Below, piece after piece: positions 1 through 9,753 of a DNA stretch of 64,000 bases. Source of the stretch: an uncultured Pseudomonadota bacterium (GTDB lineage: Bacteria > Oederibacteriota > Muellerivitia > Muellerivitales > Muellerivitaceae); contig CAWIIP010000002.1 in NCBI GenBank assembly GCA_963836235.1, forward strand, positions 1,760,001-1,824,000, given 5' to 3'. The translations under genes and the position numbers were made by a program. Every line of letters starts with the position of its first letter. Positions within the stretch are counted from its first letter, which is position 1. Below the pieces are notes generated by a model. The model saw nothing but the letters and a program-made list of their open reading frames with translations, was not told the DNA's origin and did not search any database.

Positions 1-156
1 AGAGATGAGAAAAGACCTGGAAATTGATACAAGAGAGTTGGTCTCAACGAAATTTCAATAATTGCAACAAAGGGAATTGGCTCCTTTGTTCCGTAGGGCC
101 TGACTAAATCAGCTTCGTAAACATGGATAAATCATTAAAGACAAGGGAATACAAAA

Positions 157-1194
157 ATGTCTCGATTGATTGGCGAGTTTCGTAATCCTGAAAATGGAAA
201 AACTGTTCAAGTTTATGATGGCTTTTCTTGGCCTTGTTTATGTCTATGGTTTTTTTGGTATGCGTTTAAAGGTATGTGGGGTTGGACTATTGTTAGTTTT
301 CTTACTTCTGGCATTGGATGGTTGCTGCTTCCTTTTTTTGCGAACAAACAGTATCGGAATCATCTTTTAAAAGAAGGTTATTTGCCTACAAGTGTTATTG
401 GTAACGACGAAACAAAATCGGCCGACTATCGAATAAAATGCCCTCATTGCGCTGAGTTGATTAAGGCTGAATCGAAAATTTGTAGATTTTGCGGTAAGGA
501 ATTAGACTCCGTAACAGTAGTTCAACTAGATGAAGTGGAAATATTAAAGCGACTTAAAAGATACTCCCCTGAAGAGTTTGAACAGTTTGTTTTAGAATTT
601 CTTAAAAAGGTAGAGGACTGTACTGATGGGGAAGTTACTCAAAGAAGCCGTGATGGTGGTATCGACGGATATGTGAAAAGAGGTTCGCTAGGGTTATCCG
701 ATATTTTGTTTCAGGCGAAAAGGTGGGAAAACAAGGTTGGTAGGCCTGAAATGAACAGCTTTGTAGGGGCGTTGCAAGGGAAGAAAGCTTCTCAAGGCGT
801 GTTTGTTACCACGTCTTCTTTCACCAAAGATGCTAAAGAATACGCGGAACAAGTAGGCGTGAAAGTAGTTCTAATTGATGGCGAAAAGATCGCCGAATTA
901 ATATGCCAAAAGAACTTGCAATATTTTATAAAAGAAAAGTCGATTGTTTCGGCAAATGAGGATAATAACTTTGTTCCGTTCTCAAATTTGATGGGCCAAA
1001 ACGTTGGTAGTTTTTTAGAAGAAGTATTCAAGGTTGGCAAAAATAAAAACGTAAAAATCGCAATTAAAAATATTAAGTCACTCCCACTGTGGATTAAGAT
1101 TATTTTGGGTTTACTTATTTTGGGGTTAATAGGGCACGTTATTAATCCACAACACAATAAAATAAATGAGACCACACATTCCCGCACTTATTAG
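157..1194 (+). CDS. Membrane-anchored Mrr-family restriction endonuclease-like protein (DUF2628-like TM domain + zinc ribbon + Mrr_cat + C-terminal TM)
   Basis: GFSWP..FF.WY..KGMW N-terminal TM segment; CPHC..CRFC ribbon; Mrr_cat motifs 'PEEFEQFV', 'DGGIDG', 'QAKRW', 'GVFVTTSSFT', 'LIDGE'; hydrophobic C-terminus. Confidence 0.8.
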   Translation: MSRLIGEFRNPENGKTVQVYDGFSWPCLCLWFFWYAFKGMWGWTIVSFLTSGIGWLLLPFFANKQYRNHLLKEGYLPTSVIGNDETKSADYRIKCPHCAELIKAESKICRFCGKELDSVTVVQLDEVEILKRLKRYSPEEFEQFVLEFLKKVEDCTDGEVTQRSRDGGIDGYVKRGSLGLSDILFQAKRWENKVGRPEMNSFVGALQGKKASQGVFVTTSSFTKDAKEYAEQVGVKVVLIDGEKIAELICQKNLQYFIKEKSIVSANEDNNFVPFSNLMGQNVGSFLEEVFKVGKNKNVKIAIKNIKSLPLWIKIILGLLILGLIGHVINPQHNKINETTHSRTY

Positions 1195-1257
1195 GTAATT
1201 TTTTGTATCTTTTAAGAAGAGACCGAAGGGCCGGACCCCTTTATTTCTTATGATTAC

Positions 1258-2193
1258 TTGATAACTCGAAAAAGGAACTTTGTGCCCAATCGAAAATCAT
1301 CCGACTCAAAAGCCGATGTCTTCAACCTACCCCCATCGGGCGGCGGCTTCTACTGGTTGTTTTTGTCTTTAGGAGTCATTGGGTTAGGGATTTGGTTTTT
1401 CTGTCTATGGTGTGATTGGCAAGGAAACGGTTTTGCCTCCCTTTCCAAGTTGCCCTACAGTATTTGGTTTACTGGATTTTTGGGTTTGATCCTTTACTGT
1501 TCTCTAAAGCTCAAGGGATACGGCAAAAACCAAATAGAGGTTTCCAGAGAGGGAATAACCCAGTTGGAAGGGGAAAAGAACCAGGTTTTCATTAAATGGG
1601 AAGAAATAACGGTAATAAAACCGAACAGTTTTATGAGCCGCATTACGGTATTGGACGCCACTCACGGAAAAAAGATCGTCATTAGCTATAACTATGAAAA
1701 CGTTGAGGATATGTTGACCCTCATTTTTCATGAATACATTCAAAAATTTCAACTTCCTGAATTGCCCATCAAGTATGGTATTCCGCTCGTTCCCTATGAA
1801 TTGATCTTCGCGGCAATCCTGATCTTGGTAAGTTGGGGTATTGTTTGGTTCGTGGTGATGATGCATGAAGCCCATGCTTCAATTGGGGGAATGCATTATT
1901 TATTTGTACCTTTGTTCGCGCTGGTGGCGTCCCTGTTCGGCACGCGGGCGGTGGTTTTGGACAAGCAGGCCTTAAGGCTTTATGGACCGGTCCATAAAAT
2001 GATCATTCCTTGGGGGGAACTTAGGAATTTCAGTTGGGTTATGGAACGGTCCCAATCAACGTCCTCGAAATCATTTGTCGTCACCTTAGAGACCACCAAA
2101 GGGGAGGTTTGCTACCTTCAAGGATGGGCTGGGCACCAGGTGGAAATTTTCCTATCGATTAAAAAAATCTGGAATGAGAGGCATGGTTCATAA
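1258..2193 (+). CDS. Membrane protein with two TM-hairpin + bacterial PH-like modules
   Basis: Two repeats of a TM pair followed by 'I.W.EI/L' (IKWEEI, IPWGEL), typical of bPH domains; start uncertain (TTG 1258 or GTG 1282). Confidence 0.55.
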   Translation: MITRKRNFVPNRKSSDSKADVFNLPPSGGGFYWLFLSLGVIGLGIWFFCLWCDWQGNGFASLSKLPYSIWFTGFLGLILYCSLKLKGYGKNQIEVSREGITQLEGEKNQVFIKWEEITVIKPNSFMSRITVLDATHGKKIVISYNYENVEDMLTLIFHEYIQKFQLPELPIKYGIPLVPYELIFAAILILVSWGIVWFVVMMHEAHASIGGMHYLFVPLFALVASLFGTRAVVLDKQALRLYGPVHKMIIPWGELRNFSWVMERSQSTSSKSFVVTLETTKGEVCYLQGWAGHQVEIFLSIKKIWNERHGS

Positions 2194-2258
2194 TTGCGTT
2201 AAAGAGGATTCTAATATCCCTGGCTAAAGGGAATCTGCGGGGAAAGACGGAGACACGA

Positions 2259-3086
2259 ATGAAAAATTTCAAGGTTCGGTTGGGCGGGGTGTTTCTGGGC
2301 TTGGCGATAGGGGTGGCGGTGGGTGGTACTTTGTGGGCCGATCCCTTGAACGATAAGGCCACTATCCATATTTCGGGTTCGGGGGACGTTCCGGCGGGGA
2401 AATACCACGAGGTGAATATTTCCGGATCGGGTGACCTCCAGGGTCTTATCGAAACGGATATCCTTGAGGTTTCGGGAGAAGCGACGGCCGAGGGGCCGCT
2501 GGCGGCCGATGCTTTGAACACTTCGGGAAGTTTCTCCGCCCACGACAACGTTACGGCCAACAAAATCGACGCTTCCGGCAGTTTCAGCGCGCAAAAAAAC
2601 GTGGTTTCAAAGACCGCCGCTTTTTCTGGGTCGGCAGACATCGGCGGAAATTTTAAATGTCCCGACGTCACTTCTTCGGGAAGCCTATCCGTTGAAGGCC
2701 GGGCCCAACTGGGAGACTTGAACTTGGAAGGAAGCCTCCAGGTAAAGGGCCCCGCCACGGCGAAGAAGGCGGTTCTTTACCTCAGTGGCCAGTCCGCCCT
2801 GGCCGATTTGAGCTGCGACACCCTGACGGTGAAGGAAACCACTTCCACCAAATGGGTCAAGTGGTTCATGGGTTCACCTACCAACCTCCTGACGGCTGAT
2901 ACCCTGGAAGCCCAAAACATTGAATTGGAGGATACCCACGCCAATACCGTGAGGGGGGACAATGTCAAGATCGGCAAAGGATGCCAAATCGACGAAGTCC
3001 ACTATTCGGGAACCTATGAAGTGGACAAGGACGCGAAAGTGGGGAACGCGGTTAAAGAAGCCAAATTGATTCTGATCCATCCATAG
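2259..3086 (+). CDS. Bactofilin / polymer-forming cytoskeletal family protein (YhbE/YhbF-like) with predicted signal peptide
   Basis: Repeated 'ISGSG/SGS' beta-helix rungs; 'IELEDTHANTVRGDNVKIGKGCQIDEVHY' tail; N-terminal hydrophobic leader ending LWA-D. Confidence 0.7.
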   Translation: MKNFKVRLGGVFLGLAIGVAVGGTLWADPLNDKATIHISGSGDVPAGKYHEVNISGSGDLQGLIETDILEVSGEATAEGPLAADALNTSGSFSAHDNVTANKIDASGSFSAQKNVVSKTAAFSGSADIGGNFKCPDVTSSGSLSVEGRAQLGDLNLEGSLQVKGPATAKKAVLYLSGQSALADLSCDTLTVKETTSTKWVKWFMGSPTNLLTADTLEAQNIELEDTHANTVRGDNVKIGKGCQIDEVHYSGTYEVDKDAKVGNAVKEAKLILIHP

Positions 3087-3192
3087 CCACCCCGAATTCC
3101 AACCCGGGGCCCAGGAGGCTTGTCAGAAGCCCGTCTTTGATTTATCTTGCCCTCGGTTCAATCCGTTAGATTTCATCCTAAGGAGAAGCTCC

Positions 3193-3777
3193 ATGAAACG
3201 AGTGTTTGTCATTGCGGCATCGCTGTTATTTTCCCTGGCCGGTTCCCGGCTTTGGGCGGCCCAAAAGGCCATCATCAAGCTGGCCAAAGGCGGGGAGATC
3301 GTCATCAAGTTTTATCCCCAGGACGCGCCCTTAAGCGTGGCCAATTTCATCAAGCTGGCGAAGAAGGGCTTCTATAACGGGCTGACCTTCCACCGCGTGG
3401 TTCCGGGCTTTGTGGCGCAGGGCGGGGACCCGAACGGCGACGGCAGCGGCGGCCCCGGCTACACCATCAAGGGAGAGTTCACGGAAAACGGCGTCAACAA
3501 CAGCCAGACCCACGTGAAGGGCGCGGTGGCTATGGCCCGCACTAATGTACCCGATTCGGCGGGAAGCCAGTTCTACATCTGCCTGGACGCCCAACCGGCT
3601 TTGGACGGCAAGTACGCCGTGTTCGGACAGGTGGTGAAGGGGATGGACCTGGTGGAACAGATACAGGTTGGGGATAAGATGGAAAAGGTCACCATCGTCG
3701 GTGGAGGTTCGAAAAAGCCCGCGGCCGCCCCCGCGGCGGAAACCACGCCGATGGCGGTGTCCACGCCGGGTCATTGA
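3193..3777 (+). CDS. Cyclophilin-type peptidyl-prolyl cis-trans isomerase, exported
   Basis: FYNGLTFHRVVPGFVAQGGDP, AMAR, SAGSQFYI, YAVFGQV motifs; signal peptide. Confidence 0.95.
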   Translation: MKRVFVIAASLLFSLAGSRLWAAQKAIIKLAKGGEIVIKFYPQDAPLSVANFIKLAKKGFYNGLTFHRVVPGFVAQGGDPNGDGSGGPGYTIKGEFTENGVNNSQTHVKGAVAMARTNVPDSAGSQFYICLDAQPALDGKYAVFGQVVKGMDLVEQIQVGDKMEKVTIVGGGSKKPAAAPAAETTPMAVSTPGH

Positions 3778-3787
3778 AGGGGAATCA

Positions 3788-4237
3788 TTGAAAAATCCAA
3801 AGACTGAAAAATTACCGGAATTCGCCCTTCCTCCCGCGTTTTTGGAACAGTTTGGTCTGTTGCTGGAGAAGGGCGTTCAAAGGCTGAATGAGTTTCAAAA
3901 GGAAACCCTTAAGCCCCTGGGGCTTAAGGGAAAGCACCTGGAAATTCTTTTGATGCTGGAGAAAAAAAGCTCGGTCAGCCAAAAGGCGATCAGCGGAACC
4001 GTCCATGCCGACCCCACTACCCTGGCCGGCCTGGTCAGGGACCTGAAAAAATTGGGCATGGTGGAGAGCCGTTCCAACAAGGTGAACCTAACCGAGGCGG
4101 GAAAGGGAATCCTCGCCCAAAGGGTGCGGAAGTCCCAGATTAAAATTTTATCCAGCCTCACCCCCCAGGAACAAAAGACCCTGGTCCAACTGATTCGAAA
4201 ACTGGTCATCTCCCAATTCGCCGCGCAAGAAAAATAA
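3788..4237 (+). CDS. MarR-family transcriptional regulator
   Basis: 'SQKAIS..DPTTL..LV..L...G.V', 'LTEAGK' and 'LTPQEQKTL' wHTH pattern; TTG 3788 chosen as start to avoid overlap with the cyclophilin gene. Confidence 0.8.
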   Translation: MKNPKTEKLPEFALPPAFLEQFGLLLEKGVQRLNEFQKETLKPLGLKGKHLEILLMLEKKSSVSQKAISGTVHADPTTLAGLVRDLKKLGMVESRSNKVNLTEAGKGILAQRVRKSQIKILSSLTPQEQKTLVQLIRKLVISQFAAQEK

Positions 4238-4276
4238 TGGGCGAAAAGGCTGCTTCTAAAGTCTAAAGAGAGTGAA

Positions 4277-4735
4277 TTGAAAACTATTTTTCGACGACAT
4301 CGCTTTTATTTTTTTTATTTTTTTCTCTTCTTTCCATTCTTGGCTTTAAATGCCCAAACCACCCCTTCGCCTACAGGCTTGAGCGCCCGAAAATCGACCA
4401 ATGACCCCATCGAATTTTTGAAGGAAAGCAAATGCTGGTTCAAGGGGAAAGGCTATTCCGGCTACAGCGTGGGTTATATCGTCCGCAGTTACGTTTCCGC
4501 GGGGAGAATTAAAAATCTCCAATGGTCCAAAGCGAAGGTAGAAACAGCCTCCCCAGGGTGGGTCATAACCCTTTCTTATTTTGATACCAAAGAGGGAAAG
4601 AAGAGGAAGGCTCGTTGGAATATCGACAAGAATAAAAAGACGGCGGGGGATTCGGAAAATCAATTTTTAAGCAGTGTCCCCGGGGAAAAATACACCCATT
4701 GGCCGGGGGCCAATCAAATGGACGTCATCGAGTAA
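4277..4735 (+). CDS. Hypothetical exported protein
   Basis: Basic N-terminus + hydrophobic stretch + ALNA-Q signal-peptide pattern; no family recognised. Confidence 0.55.
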   Translation: MKTIFRRHRFYFFYFFLFFPFLALNAQTTPSPTGLSARKSTNDPIEFLKESKCWFKGKGYSGYSVGYIVRSYVSAGRIKNLQWSKAKVETASPGWVITLSYFDTKEGKKRKARWNIDKNKKTAGDSENQFLSSVPGEKYTHWPGANQMDVIE

Positions 4736-4765
4736 TAAAAACCGTTCAGTGCCGCTCCCACCTTA

Positions 4766-7444
4766 TTACCGGGTGACCAATAGCTTCACCACCCAGTGTT
4801 TGCCGCCAGCCTCAATCACCAAATAGTAGAGTCCGTTGGCCAGTGGGTTGTTCCATTTATCCGTTAAAGTCATATTCAGCACCGTTCCGGGAGGCGTCTG
4901 CGGGAAGGGTTCCGCCTGCACGAGGCGGAATGCCGTCGTGTAGATCCGTACCGTCACGTCGGAGAGGAAAGTGAGAGGCACCTGTAGGTGGGCCGGGCCC
5001 GAACCCACAATCGGATTGGGATAAATAACCGGAGTCGTGCTGGGGGTTAGGACATGGGTGGGGGTGGCCGTGCCCGTTGGCGTACCGAGGGGCGTGTTGG
5101 TCGGGGTACCCGTTAGAGTCGGGGTGGCAGTGAGGGTCAGGGTGTTGGTGACCGTCGCGGTGACGGTGTTCGTGCCGGTATTCGTGGGGCTGAAGGTCGG
5201 GGTTTGGGTGGCCGTGTTGGTGGGAGTCCCGCTGTTGGTCGGAGTATCTGTTTGCGTCGAAGTTAAGGTCGAAGTGGCGCTGTTGGTTACGGTCGAGGTC
5301 GCGCTGTTAGTGGCCGTGACCGTCGGGGTAAAGGTCGGAGTTAATGTGGCCGAATTGGTGGGAGTGCCTGTGACCGTGGGGGTGGCGGTCAAGGTCGGGC
5401 TGTTGGTCACGGTTGAGGTGGCGGTGATCGTGGCCGTGTTCGTTACGGTGAAGGTCAGGGTATTCGTGGTGGAATTAGTGGGCGAACTGGTGACAGTAGG
5501 GGTTGGGGTCAGCGTCGGGGTGTTGGAAACTGTCGAGGTGGCGGTGCTGGTGCGCGTATTCGTCGGGGAGAAGGTCAGGGTGTTGGTGGCGGAATTGGTG
5601 GGAGTGTTCGTGGCCGTGCGGGTGGCGGTCGAGGTAGGACTGTTGGTCGCGGTGGAAGTGGCGGTTTTGGTGGCCGTTCTAGTTGGGGTTGGGGTGGGCG
5701 TGTACACCGGGGTGGTGCCGGTCAGGTCGTTGATCAGGGACTGGCCATTGGGAGAACCCCAGCCCGTGGCCAAATCATAACCCGTGACGGCGGGAAACTT
5801 GGTGGCGCTGCCGTTATTGCCGCTGGTGATGTCATGGAAATCGAGGGTGTAATTGGGGCCCTGGCCGATGGTGTAGAAAGAAGGATTGGGAAAGCCGACG
5901 GTGGGTTTTCCAGCGGCCACGGCCTGCTGATTGGCGAGGGCGATGAAACCCGCCCAAAGGGGCGCGGCGCAACTGCTGCCGCCCTGGACATCGATATTGC
6001 CGTCGCAATCGACCAAGTAACTGTCATTGCCCGCGCAGGAAACGTCTGGGACGTTCCGGTAAGTGGTGGAACCGAAGTTGGTGGCCACACTCAGCCCCAC
6101 CTGGTAACTGGGAATGGCGTCGCCGACGATGGCGCCCGCCAGGATGCCTCCCGTGGAGCTCCAGCCGTCCGTCGTGGTGTTGACGGCCACTTCGGAAGAC
6201 CAAGCCCCCCCGGTGCCGGTCATGGTCAAGTCGGTGGCGCCCACGAGGGTTTGGTCGATTTCGCTATCGTTGGCCTCGCCGGGTTGCCCGTAAGGCGGGT
6301 CGGCGGTGAAGGCCCCGGCGTGGGGAGCGTTGGCATTTCCATCACCGGAGGCCAGAAAATAGGACTGGCCCTGCAGGGCGAATTCCGCCAAGTCGTTGTT
6401 TTCCGACGTCCTTTCGGCGGCGGTGGGTTGCCAGCCCCAGGAATTACTGAGTTGCATACAAAGAGGCGTGTAGGTAGCCATTTCATTGAAAATGTCGAGA
6501 TTCACGCCGCCGATGAAAGCCACCACCTGGGTGAGGCCGGGCGCCATGGACATAGACAATTCGATGTCCAAGGCCACTTCTGGCTCAATGGAACAGTCGG
6601 GGGTACTGGAAGCGGAATAGGAGCTGTCGCAATAAACGTTCGAAACGGGAACATTGAGGGCCGGGACGCAGATGGATTCATAATCGGTGATATCCACGGG
6701 CCAATAAACGGTTCCCTCAAAGAGCCCAACGGACTGGCCGGTCCCGGTGAGCGCGACGCCCGGAACATAGGCGTTTCGATAATCACTTCCAACAAAGTAT
6801 CCCCCGGGGGCCGAACCGCCCCCCAAGTGGGGGACCAGGGAGGTTTTGACAGGGGGCAAAGTCCCTTTCGGAATGGAGCGGTGGAAACGGGGATGGGGAG
6901 GTATTTCGTTGTTGAGGCCCGAGATACAAACCACGGGGGTGTCCAAATCGAGTGAGGGTTCCCGGTCGGGCGCGAAAAACAGGGTTCCATCAGGGCGTTG
7001 GTAATCGTTGATGGCCACGTAAAAGGCTTTTTCGACGTCGGAGGTTTTGCCGCTCACGTCCAAGACCAGGCGATTGAAATAGCTTTTCTCCACCGTCAAG
7101 CCGCGTGCTTGGGCGAATCGGGCGAGGGACTGATAATCCCCCTCGGTGGGGCCGAACATTTCCGTGAACTGCTCGACGGTCAAGTAATGGTGGTACCGGA
7201 GACTGCGGGGGTTATAAATTTCCTTTAAAAGGGCCTCCAGGTCAGGAGTATTCCGTAGAGGCAAGGTAATGGCCAATCGCAACCGGGAAGAGCCGGAATG
7301 GTGGCCCACCAACGGCGCCATCGACATAGAGGGAGACCGGTGGCCACGCAATTGCTGGCGCCCCTGGGTTTGGGCCAAAGCGGTTGAAAGGAATGAACCA
7401 CAAAATAAAAGGGTGAAAAAAGATATAAGAGAAAGCTCTTTCAT
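4766..7444 (-). CDS. Secreted sedolisin/kumamolisin (S53) protease with pro-domain, Thr/Pro-rich stalk and C-terminal T9SS-type-A-like/FlgD-Ig sorting domain
   Basis: Pro-kumamolisin motif 'Y.HYLT.EQF..MFGP'; catalytic EVALD, oxyanion SGD, GSSCAAP nucleophile, Ca-site [11 protein letters not shown]; C-terminal 'IYPNP...LANGLYYL'; AGGAG RBS before ATG 7444. Confidence 0.9.
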   Translation of the reverse strand: MKELSLISFFTLLFCGSFLSTALAQTQGRQQLRGHRSPSMSMAPLVGHHSGSSRLRLAITLPLRNTPDLEALLKEIYNPRSLRYHHYLTVEQFTEMFGPTEGDYQSLARFAQARGLTVEKSYFNRLVLDVSGKTSDVEKAFYVAINDYQRPDGTLFFAPDREPSLDLDTPVVCISGLNNEIPPHPRFHRSIPKGTLPPVKTSLVPHLGGGSAPGGYFVGSDYRNAYVPGVALTGTGQSVGLFEGTVYWPVDITDYESICVPALNVPVSNVYCDSSYSASSTPDCSIEPEVALDIELSMSMAPGLTQVVAFIGGVNLDIFNEMATYTPLCMQLSNSWGWQPTAAERTSENNDLAEFALQGQSYFLASGDGNANAPHAGAFTADPPYGQPGEANDSEIDQTLVGATDLTMTGTGGAWSSEVAVNTTTDGWSSTGGILAGAIVGDAIPSYQVGLSVATNFGSTTYRNVPDVSCAGNDSYLVDCDGNIDVQGGSSCAAPLWAGFIALANQQAVAAGKPTVGFPNPSFYTIGQGPNYTLDFHDITSGNNGSATKFPAVTGYDLATGWGSPNGQSLINDLTGTTPVYTPTPTPTRTATKTATSTATNSPTSTATRTATNTPTNSATNTLTFSPTNTRTSTATSTVSNTPTLTPTPTVTSSPTNSTTNTLTFTVTNTATITATSTVTNSPTLTATPTVTGTPTNSATLTPTFTPTVTATNSATSTVTNSATSTLTSTQTDTPTNSGTPTNTATQTPTFSPTNTGTNTVTATVTNTLTLTATPTLTGTPTNTPLGTPTGTATPTHVLTPSTTPVIYPNPIVGSGPAHLQVPLTFLSDVTVRIYTTAFRLVQAEPFPQTPPGTVLNMTLTDKWNNPLANGLYYLVIEAGGKHWVVKLLVTR
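5040..5710 (-). repeat. Low-complexity (T-x)n coding repeat with ~120-bp (40-aa) higher-order period, about 4 units
   Basis: [14 protein letters not shown].. / [14 protein letters not shown].. / [14 protein letters not shown].. recur every 40 aa; DNA at 5341, 5461 and 5581 aligns. Confidence 0.85.
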
Positions 7445-7793
7445 CAGCTCTCCTGATTTCATATTCGGTAAACTCAGGTATTCCAAAGACCTTGCCCGCG
7501 ACGGAGAAAGGCATTCATATATCCCTTATTCTACCGCAGTTATACATTTTCGGACCTGGCCCGGAGGGTTTGTCTTTGCCTTGGAAGAGCTTATTATTGC
7601 TGATTTTTTGGATTTTCGGGGAGCCATCCCAGGGCCCCCGCCTGAAAACGATAGACTCAGGCAGGAATAACAGGTTAAAAGCCAGGCCGTTTTCGATGCC
7701 CTATTCCGTTACTCAGTTTTGTTTCTCGTAGAGAATTTGGGGAAATTCAGGGTATAAAGCTTCTGCACAATATGTTTCTTTAAGAAGGAAGCC

Positions 7794-8579
7794 ATGACTC
7801 AAAGTGCCTTGGAAGTGGGCGCGGCCCTTATTTTTAAAAACGGCAAATTCCTTATCACCCAACGCAAAGAAAATGATTCCTTCGGCGGCTATTGGGAACT
7901 GCCCGGCGGTAAGAAAGAACCCACTGAATCCCTGGAAGAGTGCGTCCACAGGGAACTCAAGGAAGAGCTGGATATTGAAGTGGAGATCAAGCATTTCTTC
8001 CGCATCCTCACCTATCACTATCCCCAGCGCTCGGTGCGGTTGAATGTCTTTTTTTGCTCCCATAAATCCGGTGAACCCAAAACGATTGAATGCCAGGCCT
8101 TGGCCTGGGTCGAACCTAAAGACCTGTCTTCCTATAAGTTTCCCGACGCGGACCAGACCCTTCTCCAGGAACTGGCTCAACGCGACGATTGGGACACTTA
8201 TTTGGACAACCTGAAATATCCCCACGAATACCTGGAGGGAATCCGATTGTTCAATTCGGCCCAATATTTCGAGTGCCACGAGATGCTGGAGGATTTATGG
8301 CATCCTTCGGAAGGACTGGAACGCCTGCATTACCAGGGATTAATCCAGGCCGCCATCGCGGTGGAGCATTTTCGCAAGGACAACTGGACGGGAGCCGTGG
8401 GCCTCTACCAAAAGGCTTGCGAAAAATGGGAACAGATGCCGCCCCAGTTCATGGGGGTGGATTTGAAGTGGTTGAAGGGGAAGTTGGATGTCTTCTTTGG
8501 CCAAATCCAAAAGGCCGGGCCCACCGGCATGCGGGGCGTGGATATCGCTTTGGTGCCGAAGATTCCGCTGCCCGAATAA
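7794..8579 (+). CDS. MutT-like NUDIX hydrolase fused to a DUF309 domain
   Basis: Nudix box 'WELPGGKKEPTESLEECVHRELKEE' and 'FP.AD'; C-terminal 'LFN..QYFECHEMLEDLW...YQGLIQ.A.A..H' DUF309 signature. Confidence 0.85.
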   Translation: MTQSALEVGAALIFKNGKFLITQRKENDSFGGYWELPGGKKEPTESLEECVHRELKEELDIEVEIKHFFRILTYHYPQRSVRLNVFFCSHKSGEPKTIECQALAWVEPKDLSSYKFPDADQTLLQELAQRDDWDTYLDNLKYPHEYLEGIRLFNSAQYFECHEMLEDLWHPSEGLERLHYQGLIQAAIAVEHFRKDNWTGAVGLYQKACEKWEQMPPQFMGVDLKWLKGKLDVFFGQIQKAGPTGMRGVDIALVPKIPLPE

Positions 8580-8590
8580 TAAATATTATT

Positions 8591-9640
8591 TTAGTAATGA
8601 TAGCTGAACGAAAGCCCCGCATCCACGCCGGTGTAATCCACGTTCACGGCTTTGATGCCGGGGGTTCCAGTGGGATTGCCCCCCAGAAGGCCGTTGGAAT
8701 CGGTCGATAAAACCGCCGTTTGGTCCGATCCGCTGTTGTTGGTGTAAGTGCCTTCGATATCACCGGTGGTCGCGACGCGCCCCCGCGCGAAGAGGCTGGC
8801 GGAGAATTGGCCGCCGACGGCGACTTCCCAGCCCAACCCCAAAAATCCCCCCAAACCGATGCCCTGCATTTGGCCCGATACCGTCCCGTTGTTCAAGCCG
8901 TTCAAATTCACGATGGTGTTATAAAAGCCCCCGCCCAGGTTTGCGTAGAGGCGTGTGCGGCCTAGCTTGAAGAAACGGTAGTATTCGGCCTGAACGGAAA
9001 TCATTTGGGGCTGGACGCTTTCCGTTAAATAACCCGTGGGTTCCTTGATCTGGGCGCTGTAACCATTTAAGGTCGCGCCATCCACCACCATTCCCCAGGC
9101 GTTATAGGTGTCCAGCATGAAACCCACTTCCATTCCACCGAAGGGGCCGAAACCATTCGCCACGGCGGAGTTTTGACTCTTGATCTTCGCGTAATAGTTA
9201 CTAAAGGCTGTGGCGGCCTTGGACAGGTCCCCCAGGCCGGCCGTCATGACCCCGGCGTGAAGGCGGACCCAAATGTCGTAGTTCCGGAAAACCCGTGGAT
9301 AGATATCGTTCCTTTCATTTTCCCAAACGATCCGGGCCCGGAGGCTTTCCGCCAGGTTCCATAATTCCGGGTTTTTCGCGTTCCAACGAAGGCTCTGGTC
9401 GAAGGCGGCCAGAGCCAGGGCGGATTGATTGGAAAGGTAATAGTCGTATCCCAGGATTTGCCAGCCTTTCCAATTTTTTGGGTCCAACTGGACCACCGCC
9501 TTCATATAAGGAATGGATTTCGCGTAATCTTTATGGGCATAAGCGTCAAAGCCCGCCACATAGTAGTCATTACTCGTTGAGGCCCGGAGGGGAAGAGACG
9601 AGAAAAGGAAGAAAATGAAAAGAATAAGGCGAAAAGGCAT
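8591..9640 (-). CDS. Exported TPR protein with C-terminal outer-membrane beta-barrel
   Basis: Signal peptide, 2 TPR-like helical repeats (LDPKNWKGWQILG), alternating beta strands, terminal aromatic 'SFSYHY'. Confidence 0.65.
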   Translation of the reverse strand: MPFRLILFIFFLFSSLPLRASTSNDYYVAGFDAYAHKDYAKSIPYMKAVVQLDPKNWKGWQILGYDYYLSNQSALALAAFDQSLRWNAKNPELWNLAESLRARIVWENERNDIYPRVFRNYDIWVRLHAGVMTAGLGDLSKAATAFSNYYAKIKSQNSAVANGFGPFGGMEVGFMLDTYNAWGMVVDGATLNGYSAQIKEPTGYLTESVQPQMISVQAEYYRFFKLGRTRLYANLGGGFYNTIVNLNGLNNGTVSGQMQGIGLGGFLGLGWEVAVGGQFSASLFARGRVATTGDIEGTYTNNSGSDQTAVLSTDSNGLLGGNPTGTPGIKAVNVDYTGVDAGLSFSYHY

Positions 9641-9753
9641 TGAGAGTCCTAAATAAGATTCGGTTCTAGACCGTCTCAGTATAATCCCAAGGGATAGGGC
9701 AAATCAGGCGATTGGGGTGGAAGAATCGGCGGGTGGGGGTTTTCACAAAAGTG

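Noticed and set aside
1-61. 3' end of an upstream gene (..STKFQ*)
   Set aside because: Too short to support or identify from this window
5040-5710. Possible CRISPR or tandem DNA array
   Set aside because: The repeats are degenerate, codon-phased and inside a CDS; there are no constant repeats with unique spacers and no cas genes
5037-5780. 247-aa Val/Gly-rich ORF on the + strand
   Set aside because: Antisense shadow of the Thr/Pro repeat (ACN codons read as Val/Gly on the other strand)
5834-6955. Long antisense ORFs (also 22997..24211, 40530..41840, 46326..47561, 49877..51040, 58054..59247)
   Set aside because: Each lies opposite a well-supported gene and has no motifs; expected from GC-rich codon bias
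7487-7793. Possible riboswitch in the divergent intergenic region
   Set aside because: Only a short hairpin (GCCTGA/TCAGGC); no recognisable aptamer consensus
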